DNA of 64,000 nucleotides from an uncultured Gemmataceae bacterium (GTDB taxonomy: Bacteria; Planctomycetota; Planctomycetia; Gemmatales; Gemmataceae), in NCBI GenBank assembly GCA_963750165.1, contig CAVVPN010000003.1:1728001-1792000 (forward strand), read 5' to 3'. Below the pieces are notes generated by a model. The model saw nothing but the letters and a program-made list of their open reading frames with translations, was not told the DNA's origin and made no database searches. This document shows positions 30,198-39,272 of this stretch, piece by piece. Position 1 is the first letter of the stretch. The number at the start of each line of letters is the position of its first letter. A program made the translations under genes and the position numbers.

Positions 30198-31934
30198 ATG
30201 GCGTACATCGGCATCGATTTCGGCACCAGTAATTCCGTCGTGGCCAACTTCCAGTTCGGCCACGCGGAGGTCATCCCCAACAAGGAAGGGCACAAGTGGA
30301 CGCCCTCCGTCGTGACGCTGCGCCGCGACGGCAGCCTCGCGTTCGGTCAGGAGGCCAAGGAAAATTTCGACGAGCAGCGCTCCATCCGCAGCATCAAGCG
30401 CATCCTCGGCACGCCGGAGCGTGTGCCGCTGGTCGGCCAGAACCTGCGCACCGAGCAGATCGCCGTCATGCTCTTCAGCCTGCTCAAGCGCGACGCCGAG
30501 CAGCAGTTGAACGAAACCATTAGCAAGGCGGTCGTGACCATCCCGGCCAACTCGAAGGGCCTGGCCCGGCACGCGACCAAGCTCTGCGCCGGCGCCGCCG
30601 GCATGCAGGTACTCACGCTCATCAATGAGCCGACCGCCGCGGCCATCTGTTATGGCCTGAACGCGCAGGAAGATCAAACGGTCCTGGTCTACGACTTCGG
30701 CGGCGGCACCCTTGATGTGACGATCCTGCGCATCCACCACGGCCTGTTTGAAGAGATCAGCAGCAAGGGTATCGGCAAACTTGGCGGCGACGATCTCGAC
30801 CTGGCGCTGGCCAACGTCGTCGCCCGCCGCTTCCAGGACAAGACCGGCTATGACATCATGAACTCGCCGCACCGGCAGCAGTTCATGCTCGCGGTCGAGA
30901 AGGCGAAGATCGAACTGTCGAGCCAGCAGGCGACGGTGGTGCGCAAGGCCAGCTTGGTGCCGGAGCGCAATTTGAACCTCGAAGAGGAAATCGACCGCGC
31001 CACCTTCGAGCGCGAGATCATGCCGCTGGTGGTCAAGTCCGGCACCGCCATCGACGAGGCGCTGAAGTTGCGCGGCTTCCGACCCAAGGACATCGACAAG
31101 GTGCTGCTCGTCGGCGGCACCTCGAAAATCCCGCTCATCAAGCGGTTCGTCACCGAGCGCATGGCCGGCAAGGAGCCGGAGTCGTTCGAGAAGGTCGATC
31201 CGATGACCTGCGTCGCTCAGGGGGCGGCCATCGTCTCGGCCATTCTGCAGGGCGCCCCCGGCCTGGACAACCACGCTTACAGCGTCAAACTGGAGCACTC
31301 GCTGTGCGCCAATCCGATCAACGAACGCCGGCAGGTGTACCTCGACCCGATCGTCAAGCGCGGCAGCGACATCCCGTGCTCGTTCACCAAGACGTACCAT
31401 CCCGTGGCGGACCCGGCCGAGCGCGTGGTCATCTGCGTCTACGAGGGCGACCTGTACGACAACCCGGAGAGTCCGGAGAACGTCAAGTTGGCGGAGATTC
31501 CGTGGGAGTTCCAGCCGCCGCGGCCGCAGCGCGACGGTGCCCTGGAGGTCACGTTCGAGTACGGCGATGACGGCATTTTGACGGTGCAGATCACCGACCT
31601 GCACGCTGGCCACAAGAAGCGCTTCGCCATCCAGCAGAGCGGCCAGGATCAGATGGACGCGACGCAGATCATGAAGATGAAGCGCATCAACGAGGACCTG
31701 CTCAAGCGCGGCAACGAACTGGAGACCTCGCAGGAGTACCGCGACGCGCTGGAGGTGCTCAAAAAGACCGAGCAGGACGTGATCCCCAAGGTAGAGAGCC
31801 CCAGCGACAAACGCGAACTGGAGGAACTGTGCCGGCAGGTGCGCGAGGCGATGGGCGCCGGCGACAAGAAGCGCATGGAGGACGCCAGCGCCGCCCTGAA
31901 CGACCGCCTCCTGAATTACGCGTATTTGCTGTGA
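30198..31934 (+). CDS. Hsp70 family protein (non-canonical DnaK/HscC-like paralogue)
   Basis: GIDFGTSNS, TPSVV, INEPTAAA, DFGGGTLD, LGGDDLD, EKAKIELS, LVGGTSKIP, VYEG. Lacks the DVLLLD linker of true DnaK. Confidence 0.93.
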   Translation: MAYIGIDFGTSNSVVANFQFGHAEVIPNKEGHKWTPSVVTLRRDGSLAFGQEAKENFDEQRSIRSIKRILGTPERVPLVGQNLRTEQIAVMLFSLLKRDAEQQLNETISKAVVTIPANSKGLARHATKLCAGAAGMQVLTLINEPTAAAICYGLNAQEDQTVLVYDFGGGTLDVTILRIHHGLFEEISSKGIGKLGGDDLDLALANVVARRFQDKTGYDIMNSPHRQQFMLAVEKAKIELSSQQATVVRKASLVPERNLNLEEEIDRATFEREIMPLVVKSGTAIDEALKLRGFRPKDIDKVLLVGGTSKIPLIKRFVTERMAGKEPESFEKVDPMTCVAQGAAIVSAILQGAPGLDNHAYSVKLEHSLCANPINERRQVYLDPIVKRGSDIPCSFTKTYHPVADPAERVVICVYEGDLYDNPESPENVKLAEIPWEFQPPRPQRDGALEVTFEYGDDGILTVQITDLHAGHKKRFAIQQSGQDQMDATQIMKMKRINEDLLKRGNELETSQEYRDALEVLKKTEQDVIPKVESPSDKRELEELCRQVREAMGAGDKKRMEDASAALNDRLLNYAYLL

Positions 31935-32019
31935 CCGCTTCTCTGCGGCTTGCCGCTTAGCGGGCTAGCGCTAAGCGGCAAGCCGCAGAGACTCAGACCC
32001 GCTGCCGGGAGCCCCGACG

Positions 32020-32511
32020 ATGCCGAACTGTCCGATGTGTACCAAGCCGCTGGCGGAGCTGACGCGGCGCTGCCCGACGTGCATGGCCGACCTGGACCTG
32101 CTGGTCGATTACGTGCAGCACCTGGGCGTCGGCCTGGAGAAGGCGGAGCAGTTCACGCGCGCCGGCGAACTGGGCCAGGCGATGTGGGCGTATCTGGAAG
32201 TGCTGGAGGTCGATCCGGACAACGGGCCGGCACGGCGGCAGGTGGGCCAGGTGGCGACGGCGGTGCGGCAGTTCGATCGCACCGCCGCGGGGCGGCGCTG
32301 GCTCAACCGTGTTCGCGGCATCAACGACGACGACGAGAGCGGGTTGTTCGGTTGGCTGCGGACGGTGTTCGTGCTGCTGGCGGTGCTGACGGCGTTCGCG
32401 CTGGGCTACGGCTGGGGCACCGACTGGGGCGAACGTCCCGGCACTGGTGACACGCCGCCGGTCAAGCCCGCGCCGCCCGCCGACCACAAAAAGACGCTCA
32501 GCGGCCATTAA
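32020..32511 (+). CDS. Zn-ribbon (CPMC...CPTC) + TPR-like helix + TM protein
   Basis: Two CxxC pairs; YLEVLEVDPDN; hydrophobic helix near the C-terminus. Confidence 0.75.
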   Translation: MPNCPMCTKPLAELTRRCPTCMADLDLLVDYVQHLGVGLEKAEQFTRAGELGQAMWAYLEVLEVDPDNGPARRQVGQVATAVRQFDRTAAGRRWLNRVRGINDDDESGLFGWLRTVFVLLAVLTAFALGYGWGTDWGERPGTGDTPPVKPAPPADHKKTLSGH

Positions 32512-32544
32512 CCTCCCCGCGCCAACGCCCCGGAGGAACCGTTC

Positions 32545-33102
32545 ATGACGGGACGCTCCTGGCTCATCCCCGTGCTGTTCGTGCTGGCGGCGTGCGGTTG
32601 CCTGGCGGGCGCGGCCAGCGGCCAGGGCGCCGACAAGAAAATGCGCGAAATCGCCGTGCGGGAACTGACCGCCGCGGAGGACCGGTTGAAGAAAACGGAG
32701 CGGCTCGCCCAGCAGCGCGCCGCGGATGAAAAAGACCTCATCCTCGCCCGCTATCAAGTCCTCGACGCCCGCTATCAACTGGCGCAGCTCGACCAGGAGC
32801 CGCAGAAAAAGCAGATCGACCTCATGCGGCAGATGGTCCGCGTCTACCACGACTATTACATCCTCATGGGCAAACTGGAGGGCAAGGGCCGGGTAGCTCG
32901 CGTCGATGTGGACGGCGCCCGCCTGGGACTGGCCGAGGCGCAGATTCGACTGGAAACGCACGTCATCATCGACATCTACGAGCGCCAGGTGGAGCGGTTG
33001 CAGAAGTTGCTCGCGCAGAAGGCGGCCACGGCGAACCAGCTGGAGGACGCTCGGAAAATGCTGGAATCCGCCCGCCGCCGGCTGGCGGATTTGCCGCGCT
33101 GA
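32545..33102 (+). CDS. Secreted coiled-coil hypothetical protein
   Basis: GAGG RBS, signal peptide, repeated amphipathic helices. Confidence 0.7.
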   Translation: MTGRSWLIPVLFVLAACGCLAGAASGQGADKKMREIAVRELTAAEDRLKKTERLAQQRAADEKDLILARYQVLDARYQLAQLDQEPQKKQIDLMRQMVRVYHDYYILMGKLEGKGRVARVDVDGARLGLAEAQIRLETHVIIDIYERQVERLQKLLAQKAATANQLEDARKMLESARRRLADLPR

Positions 33103-33325
33103 GTCGCACCCGGTCGCAAAGGGGCACGGGCATGATTTCCTTCTGGACGATCTGGTGACCGGGTATCGCCTGGCGCGACAGCATGGGACACTCCCAACAT
33201 TTGTGGGTAATGCATAGCGCTCCAGCGCTCCGCGTGGGAACGAGACGCCTTTCCGCCGACGGCCGCGCTTGCTATAGTGACAGTTCCAAAAAGGGATATT
33301 CGACCAGGAGAACGCAGGAGCAGCA

Positions 33326-33637
33326 ATGCCGCATACGCAGAGTGCCAAGAAACGGCTTCGCCAGAACGAAAAGCGCCGGCTGCGCAACCGCGCCATCAAG
33401 AAGGGCATCAAGGTGCAGCTGAAAAAATTCCTCGGCCTTCTCAAGACCGGCACGATCGAGGAGGTGCGCGAGGAGTTGAAGGTGACCGTGGCCAAGGTCG
33501 ATCGCGCCGCGGCCCACAAGGTCGTTCACCGCAACACCGCCGCCCGCAAGAAGGCGCAGCTGGCCAAAATGGTCAACCAGAAGGCCGCGGCGCCGGCCCC
33601 CGGCGCGACCGAAGGCGACAAGACGACCAAAAAATGA
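33326..33637 (+). CDS. rpsT: 30S ribosomal protein S20
   Basis: MPHTQSAKKRLRQNEKRRLRN...DRAAAHKVVHRNTAARKKAQL. Confidence 0.96.
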   Translation: MPHTQSAKKRLRQNEKRRLRNRAIKKGIKVQLKKFLGLLKTGTIEEVREELKVTVAKVDRAAAHKVVHRNTAARKKAQLAKMVNQKAAAPAPGATEGDKTTKK

Positions 33638-33833
33638 GCGCCGTGCCGGCGAACGGGGAGCGTGAGTTGCCCCGTTCGCCAGCGCGCACACTTCGCGTTG
33701 GCCTCTCGCTGTTTCGTGATCTACAATTCAATACGTCTGCCTCTCTGGCGTCCTGCCGCACCTTCCGTGGAATGGGAAGAGGCGGCGCCTGGAGACGTCG
33801 CCGTTACGGAACCGACCGCAGCGCGGGGGTCGC

Positions 33834-34718
33834 ATGGAAAAAGTCACGGAAACCTGGGTGACCGTCCCGGAGCGTCCGGTATCGATGACGAACCGGAACG
33901 CCTGTCTGGTCCACATTTACCCGACCGGACCGGGCATGGGCAGTCGCTACACTCTGACGGACGCCCCGATCGTGATCGGCCGCGGTGCCGACTGCGACAT
34001 CCGCATCAACGACCACTCCGTCTCGCGGCGGCACGCCCGCATTCAGCCGGGCGCCGACGGCTATTACGCCGTCGATCTGCAGAGCACCAACGGCACCTTC
34101 GTCAACGACATGCCGGCGTCGATGTACAAGCTCAAGGACGGCGATTATCTGCGCGTCGGCAACTGCATCTATCGCTTCCTGATCGGCGGCAACGTCGAGG
34201 CGGAGTACCACGAAGAGATTTACCGCCTGACCATCATCGACGCGCTGACGGATATCCACAACAAGCGCTATTTTCTGGAGTTCCTGGACCGCGAACTGGC
34301 GCGCTCGGGCCGCTACGCCCGGCCGCTGACGCTGATGATGATCGACATCGACCGTTTCAAGTCGATCAACGAGGAGTTGGGCCATCTGGGCGGCGACTTC
34401 ACGCTGCGCGAGATCGCGGCGCGCATCAAGGGCAACATCCGCAAGGAAGAGTTGTTCGCGCGCTACGGCGGCGAGGAGTTCGCGGTGGTGCTGCCGGAGA
34501 CGGGCCGCGAAGGGGCGGTGGTCCTGGGCGAGCGGCTGCGGCGCGTCATCGAGACGCTGCCGTTCCGCTACGAAGACAAGTCCTACCACGTGACCATCAG
34601 CATCGGCGTGGCGAGCACCAACGGCGACACGTCCATGACGCCCAGCACCCTCATCCGGCTGGCCGACGAGAAGCTGTTCCAGGCCAAGCACGAGGGCCGC
34701 AACCGCGTCTGTGGCTAG
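33834..34718 (+). CDS. FHA-GGDEF diguanylate cyclase
   Basis: IGRGADCDI...SVSRRHA...STNGTFVN (FHA); DALT..N.R, DIDRFKSINE..GH..GD, ARYGGEEF. Confidence 0.93.
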   Translation: MEKVTETWVTVPERPVSMTNRNACLVHIYPTGPGMGSRYTLTDAPIVIGRGADCDIRINDHSVSRRHARIQPGADGYYAVDLQSTNGTFVNDMPASMYKLKDGDYLRVGNCIYRFLIGGNVEAEYHEEIYRLTIIDALTDIHNKRYFLEFLDRELARSGRYARPLTLMMIDIDRFKSINEELGHLGGDFTLREIAARIKGNIRKEELFARYGGEEFAVVLPETGREGAVVLGERLRRVIETLPFRYEDKSYHVTISIGVASTNGDTSMTPSTLIRLADEKLFQAKHEGRNRVCG

Positions 34719-34732
34719 AGCAGTTCACAGTC

Positions 34733-34973
34733 GCGTGGACCACGAATGGCAGGCCGGCGCTGGCAGGGCGCCGAATCTCGACATGCAAAAAAGTTGGCGT
34801 TCTTGGCGTTCTTGGCGTCCTTGCTAAGGCAACCGCCGCCAGTGGTTGTCGCGCCGTGCCATCCCCACGGAGTAAGGGGCCGATTCTCGACGTGTGAAAA
34901 AGTTGGCCCCCTTGGCCCCCTTGGCCCCCTTGCTGCGACAGCGCAGGCCGCTGAAGGTAAGGCCGTGCCCGCC
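34733..34973 (+). repeat. Dispersed two-unit element, copy B
   Basis: Colinear with 13636-13877, including ttggcgttc x3 and ttggccccc x3. Confidence 0.85.
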
Positions 34974-35020
34974 GTCTCACCTGTGCGCGATCCGCGTGCG
35001 AACCGCGCTAATAAAAGACC

Positions 35021-35111
35021 AATCACGAAAACACGACAGAACGAAACCACGAAAAAGACCATAAATGAATTGGTCTTTTTCGTGGTTTCGTTCTGTCGTG
35101 TTTTCGTGATT
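35021..35111. repeat. Intergenic inverted repeat (CACGAAA family) between convergent genes
   Basis: aatcacgaaaacacgacagaacgaaaccacgaaaaagacca ... tggtctttttcgtggtttcgttctgtcgtgttttcgtgatt. Confidence 0.85.
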
Positions 35112-35129
35112 CTTCTTTTGCTTCTCTCC

Positions 35130-35924
35130 TTACTCGCCGCAGACCAGCAGCGGGACGACGTACTCGCGCAGGCAGCCGATCTTGGTCCAGCCGTAATGGC
35201 CGCCGAGGTGGCCGGTGCGGGTCATTTCCCAACTGTAGCTGTGCTGCCGCAGGTCGGGACAGGACTCGCCCTCAGAGGGCGTGAAGCCGTTCGCCCCGGC
35301 GGAGAAAACGTGCCAGCCGTCCGCGCAGCCCGAAATCGCCAGGCCGCGGGAAACCAGGTCCGTGGGGCTGTAAAACACGTCCAGGCCCTGCCGCGAGGCC
35401 CGCAGTGCCGGCCGCACGTCGTAGCCGGGGGAAACCGCCGGCGCCAGCATGACGATGCGGTCGATGGACCCGGGCGGCAGGCCCTCGGCGGCCGCGAGCG
35501 CCACGGCGGCGCCGGCACTGTGCGTCACCACGAACACCGGAGTGCCGGGACAGGCGCTGCGATGGGCGAGCACGGCAGCGGCGAGGGCTTTGCCCTGGTC
35601 GCGGTGGTTCGATTCGCTCCGCAGGTCGGCGAAAATGCGGTAGTCGCCATACGACCAGTTGAACTCGCGCACCTCCAGCAACAGTCCCGCCTCGGCGACC
35701 GCGCAGGCCAGATCCTCGGCCATCAGGCGCAGACGCCCCGAACCATCGAGGACGAACACAACGCCCCGGGGCGGCCCCGCGGCCAGCAGGTCCTTTTCCG
35801 AGGGCAGCCCGAACGGCAATTCCGACTGAACCGGGGTTGCGGGCGGTGGGGCCTGTTCGGAGGGCAGCCCAAACGGCAATTGCGCGAGGGCGCAGCAGAG
35901 CACGGGCGCTGTCCAGCAGGGCAT
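35130..35924 (-). CDS. Alpha/beta-hydrolase fold protein
   Basis: VFVVTHSAGAAV nucleophile elbow; IDRIVMLAPAVS; GHLGGH. Confidence 0.75.
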   Translation of the reverse strand: MPCWTAPVLCCALAQLPFGLPSEQAPPPATPVQSELPFGLPSEKDLLAAGPPRGVVFVLDGSGRLRLMAEDLACAVAEAGLLLEVREFNWSYGDYRIFADLRSESNHRDQGKALAAAVLAHRSACPGTPVFVVTHSAGAAVALAAAEGLPPGSIDRIVMLAPAVSPGYDVRPALRASRQGLDVFYSPTDLVSRGLAISGCADGWHVFSAGANGFTPSEGESCPDLRQHSYSWEMTRTGHLGGHYGWTKIGCLREYVVPLLVCGE

Positions 35925-36243
35925 GGAGGGAGTCCTTGTCCAGGAAGGTGTTGATGGATCAACATCTATTTATAACCGACGGAGCCGGCGGAGGGCGGCC
36001 GCGGGGCGGAACGGCGTGGGTTTTCTGTCCCCGGCGGGGCGGCGAACGCTTATTCCCCGCAAAGTCTACCGGAAGCGCGTCGCCCAGCGCCCGCGCCTGG
36101 TCGCTCCCCGGCCACGGTGGTTGGGCCCGGTCCAGCGCCACGGACGGCCCGCGGCTGTGACGGTGACAGCCTCCTGACACCTGACCGACTGGAAATTGCT
36201 GAGGTGGAAGAAGTTACGACAAACCGTGCCAGCCGCTACAAAC

Positions 36244-36258
36244 GGGCACGCCATTTGC
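36244..36258 (+). promoter_or_regulatory. Putative sigma54 -24/-12 promoter
   Basis: GGGCAC-GCCAT-TTGC with canonical GG-N10-GC spacing, ~70 nt upstream of ATG 36330. Confidence 0.5.
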
Positions 36259-36329
36259 CAGAGGTAGGGATTGGGGGAAGGATGCAGGCGTTACGGATCA
36301 GAGCACACTGTCATCTGCGAGGGGTCGTC

Positions 36330-36818
36330 ATGAAAGCGCTGCATTGTCTGGCGGTCGTCGGTCTGCTGGCCGGCGTGTCGGTGGGGTCGGTCGAGGCGAG
36401 CAATCAGGCCGGCAAAACCAAGCAGGTCGGCAAAACCAAGACGGCGCCGGGCAAGGTCAACCCAGGCGTCGCGAAGAAGAACAATTCCACGGCCAAACGC
36501 AACCAGGGCCACACGATTCATGGCGTCGTCACGCACGTGGACCACAAGAAGAACGTCTTCACCGTCCGCGTCCTGCAGAACCAGAACGGCGGCAAGACCG
36601 GTCAGCACCATCACGAGCAGAAGTTCCACGTCACTGGCAACACGAAGTTCGACTTCGGCGCCGGCAAGGGCCAGAAACAGGGGTCATTCTCTGCGCTGAA
36701 GCACGGTGAGCACGTCGTCGTCCACACGAACGGCCAGAACCATGCCAGCCGCGTGGACATCCAAAGGCAGCACCAGACGAACCAGAAGGGCGGCAAAACC
36801 AGGGTCGTTCGGAGGTAG
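36330..36818 (+). CDS. Secreted basic Lys/Gln/His-rich protein with OB-fold-like beta domain
   Basis: Signal peptide; IHGVVTHVD...FTV...FHVTGNTKF...LKHGEHVVV...ASRVDI. Confidence 0.75.
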   Translation: MKALHCLAVVGLLAGVSVGSVEASNQAGKTKQVGKTKTAPGKVNPGVAKKNNSTAKRNQGHTIHGVVTHVDHKKNVFTVRVLQNQNGGKTGQHHHEQKFHVTGNTKFDFGAGKGQKQGSFSALKHGEHVVVHTNGQNHASRVDIQRQHQTNQKGGKTRVVRR

Positions 36819-36909
36819 GCCCGGGCCACATTTGGCGGTCGGTTTCGGGCTCTTCGTTCGGGTGGGTGGGGGAAGTCACGGTCCTCCGCCTGCCCGTTTT
36901 CGTTTTCCT

Positions 36910-36974
36910 GGTCGGAGCCCGAGCGCCAGCGAGGGGCCCAGCGCTGCCCCTCGCTGGCGCTCGGGCTCCGACCG
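36910..36974. repeat. Palindromic repeat (GAGCCCGAGCGCCAGCG family), copy 1
   Basis: ggtcggagcccgagcgccagcgagggg...cccctcgctggcgctcgggctccgacc. Other copies at 39199, 42922 and 61848. Confidence 0.85.
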
Positions 36975-36978
36975 AATC

Positions 36979-39157
36979 TCACACCAGATTCAGCGCCAGC
37001 AGCACCAGGTCGATCAGCTTGATGCCGATGAACGGCACGATGACGCCCCCCAGGCCCCAGATCAGCAGGTTGCGGCGCAGCAGGGCGTCCGCTCCCACCG
37101 GCCGGTACGTCACGCCCTTGAGCGCGATCGGAATCAGTGCCGGGATGATGAGTGCGTTGAAGATCACCGCCGATAGGATCGCCGAGGTCGCTGAGTGTAG
37201 TTGCATCACGTCGAACGACCGCAGCCACGGCAGCGTTGCCGCGAACAGAGCCGGTATGATTGCGAAGTACTTCGCGAGGTCATTCGCGATAGAAAAGGTG
37301 GTTAACGCCCCGCGCGTCATGAGGAGTTGCTTGCCGACCTCAACGACCTCGATGAGCTTGGTCGGGTCGCTGTCGAGATCGACCATGTTGCCGGCTTCCT
37401 TGGCGGCCTGGGTGCCGCTGTTCATGGCGACGCCCACGTCCGCCTGGGCCAGAGCTGGCGCGTCGTTGGTGCCGTCGCCCATCATGGCCACCAGCTTACC
37501 GGCCGCCTGCTCCTTGCGGATGTACGCCAGCTTCGCCTCCGGCGTCGCCTGGGCGATGTAGTCGTCCACGCCCGCCTGCTCGGAAATGGCCTTGGCCGTC
37601 AGCGGGTTGTCGCCGGTGACCATGACCGTGCGCAGGCCCATGCGCCGCAGCCGCTCGAAGCGGTCGCGCATGCCCGGCTTCAAAATGTCCTCCAGCACGA
37701 CCATGCCGGCCATGCGCGTGCCCTCGCAGACCAGCAACGGCGTCGCCCCCTGCGAGGCCACCAGGTCCACTTCCTGCTGCACCCCCTCCGGCAGCTGGCC
37801 ATTGCCCTGGCGCACGTGGCGGATGACGGAGTCGGGGGCGCCCTTGCGCACCTGGCGGCCGTCGGGCAGGTCGATGCCGCTCATGCGCGTCTGGGCGGTG
37901 AACTCGATGAAGCGCGCACCGTGCGGCAGCCGCGTGTCCAACCGCCCGGCCGCCGGCGCGTCTTCCGACAGTTTTTGATACAGTTCGACAATGCTCTTGC
38001 CCTCCGGCGTCTGGTCGGCGACGGACGCCAGTGCCGCCAGGTAGCCGAAGTCGGCTGCGGTGTAGTCGCCCAGCGGCACGAAGCGCGTCGCCCGGCGGTT
38101 GCCCAGGGTGATGGTGCCGGTCTTGTCCAGCAGCAGCGTATCGACATCGCCGGCCACCTCGACGGCCTTGCCGCTCTTGGCGATGATGTTGGCTCGCAGG
38201 GCCCGGTCCATGCCGGCGATGCCGATGGCCGCCAGCAGCGCCCCGATGGTCGTCGGGATCAGGCACACCAGCAGCGCCACCAGCGTCGGCACGTCGGTGC
38301 CCAGACTGACCACCCGGCCGCCCTCGACGCCGGCGAAGTCGGTCATGTACGCCTCGGTGTGCAGGGCCATCGGCCACAGAGCCACGGTGACCATCAGGAA
38401 GATCAGCGTGAACGCGGCCAGCACCAGCGACAGGGCGATTTCATTGGGCGTGCGCTGGCGGGCGGCTCCTTCCACCAGGGCGATCATGCGGTCCAGGAAG
38501 GATTGACCCTGGCCGGCGGTGATGCGCACCACGATGCGGTCGGACAGCACGCGCGTGCCGCCGGTGACGCCGCTGCGGTCGCCGCCGGCCTCGCGCACCA
38601 CCGGGGCCGACTCGCCGGTGATGGCCGACTCGTCGATGGCCGCCAGACCTTCGACGATCTCGCCGTCGTTGGGGATGACCTGGCCGGCCTCGACCACCAC
38701 ACGGTCGCCGGCGCGCAGTTCCGTCGAGACGGTTTCCTCAACCTGGCCGTCGTCACGGAGGCGGAAGGCGGGGGTGGCGCGGCGGGTCTTGCGCAGCGCG
38801 TCGGCCTGGGCCTTGCCGCGCGCCTCCGCCAGCGCCTCGGCGAAGTTGGCGAACAGCACTGTCAGGAACAGCCACACGTCCAGCGCGATCAGGTAGCCGA
38901 CCGTCGCCTGGCTCGGGTAGCCGCACAGCACCGCCACGGTGTAGGCGAAGGTCAGCACGGTGCCGACCTCAACCACGAACATGACCGGGTTCTTCCAGAG
39001 GATGTCGGGCCGCAGCATGACGAACGCGCTGCTTGAGGGCGGACCTGGTCAGATCCGGCGCGAACAGGCTGTGCTGGCGGCTGGCGCGGCGCGACAGTTT
39101 CAGCTCTTCCGGCGAAGGGCCTGGCATGGGCGGGGCGGCCTCGGTCGTCAGCGTCAT
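36979..39157 (-). CDS. kdpB: K+-transporting ATPase subunit B; frameshift near 39028
   Basis: [76 protein letters not shown]. Confidence 0.96.
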
Positions 39158-39198
39158 GGTGTCGGACCTCCCTTGATTCATTCCGTTGTCGTCGCCCA

Positions 39199-39258
39199 TC
39201 CGAGCCCGAGCGCCAGCGAGGCGGCCGCGCTGGCCGCCTCGCTGGCGCTCGGGCTCGG
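39199..39258. repeat. Palindromic repeat (GAGCCCGAGCGCCAGCG family), copy 2, between kdpA and kdpB
   Basis: ccgagcccgagcgccagcgaggcggcc...ggccgcctcgctggcgctcgggctcgg. Confidence 0.85.
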
Positions 39259-39272
39259 ACGGGAACGGGGGC

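Noticed and set aside
30198..31934. Calling this gene dnaK
   Set aside because: It lacks the DVLLLD linker and typical DnaK SBD motifs, and has no dnaJ/hrcA context.
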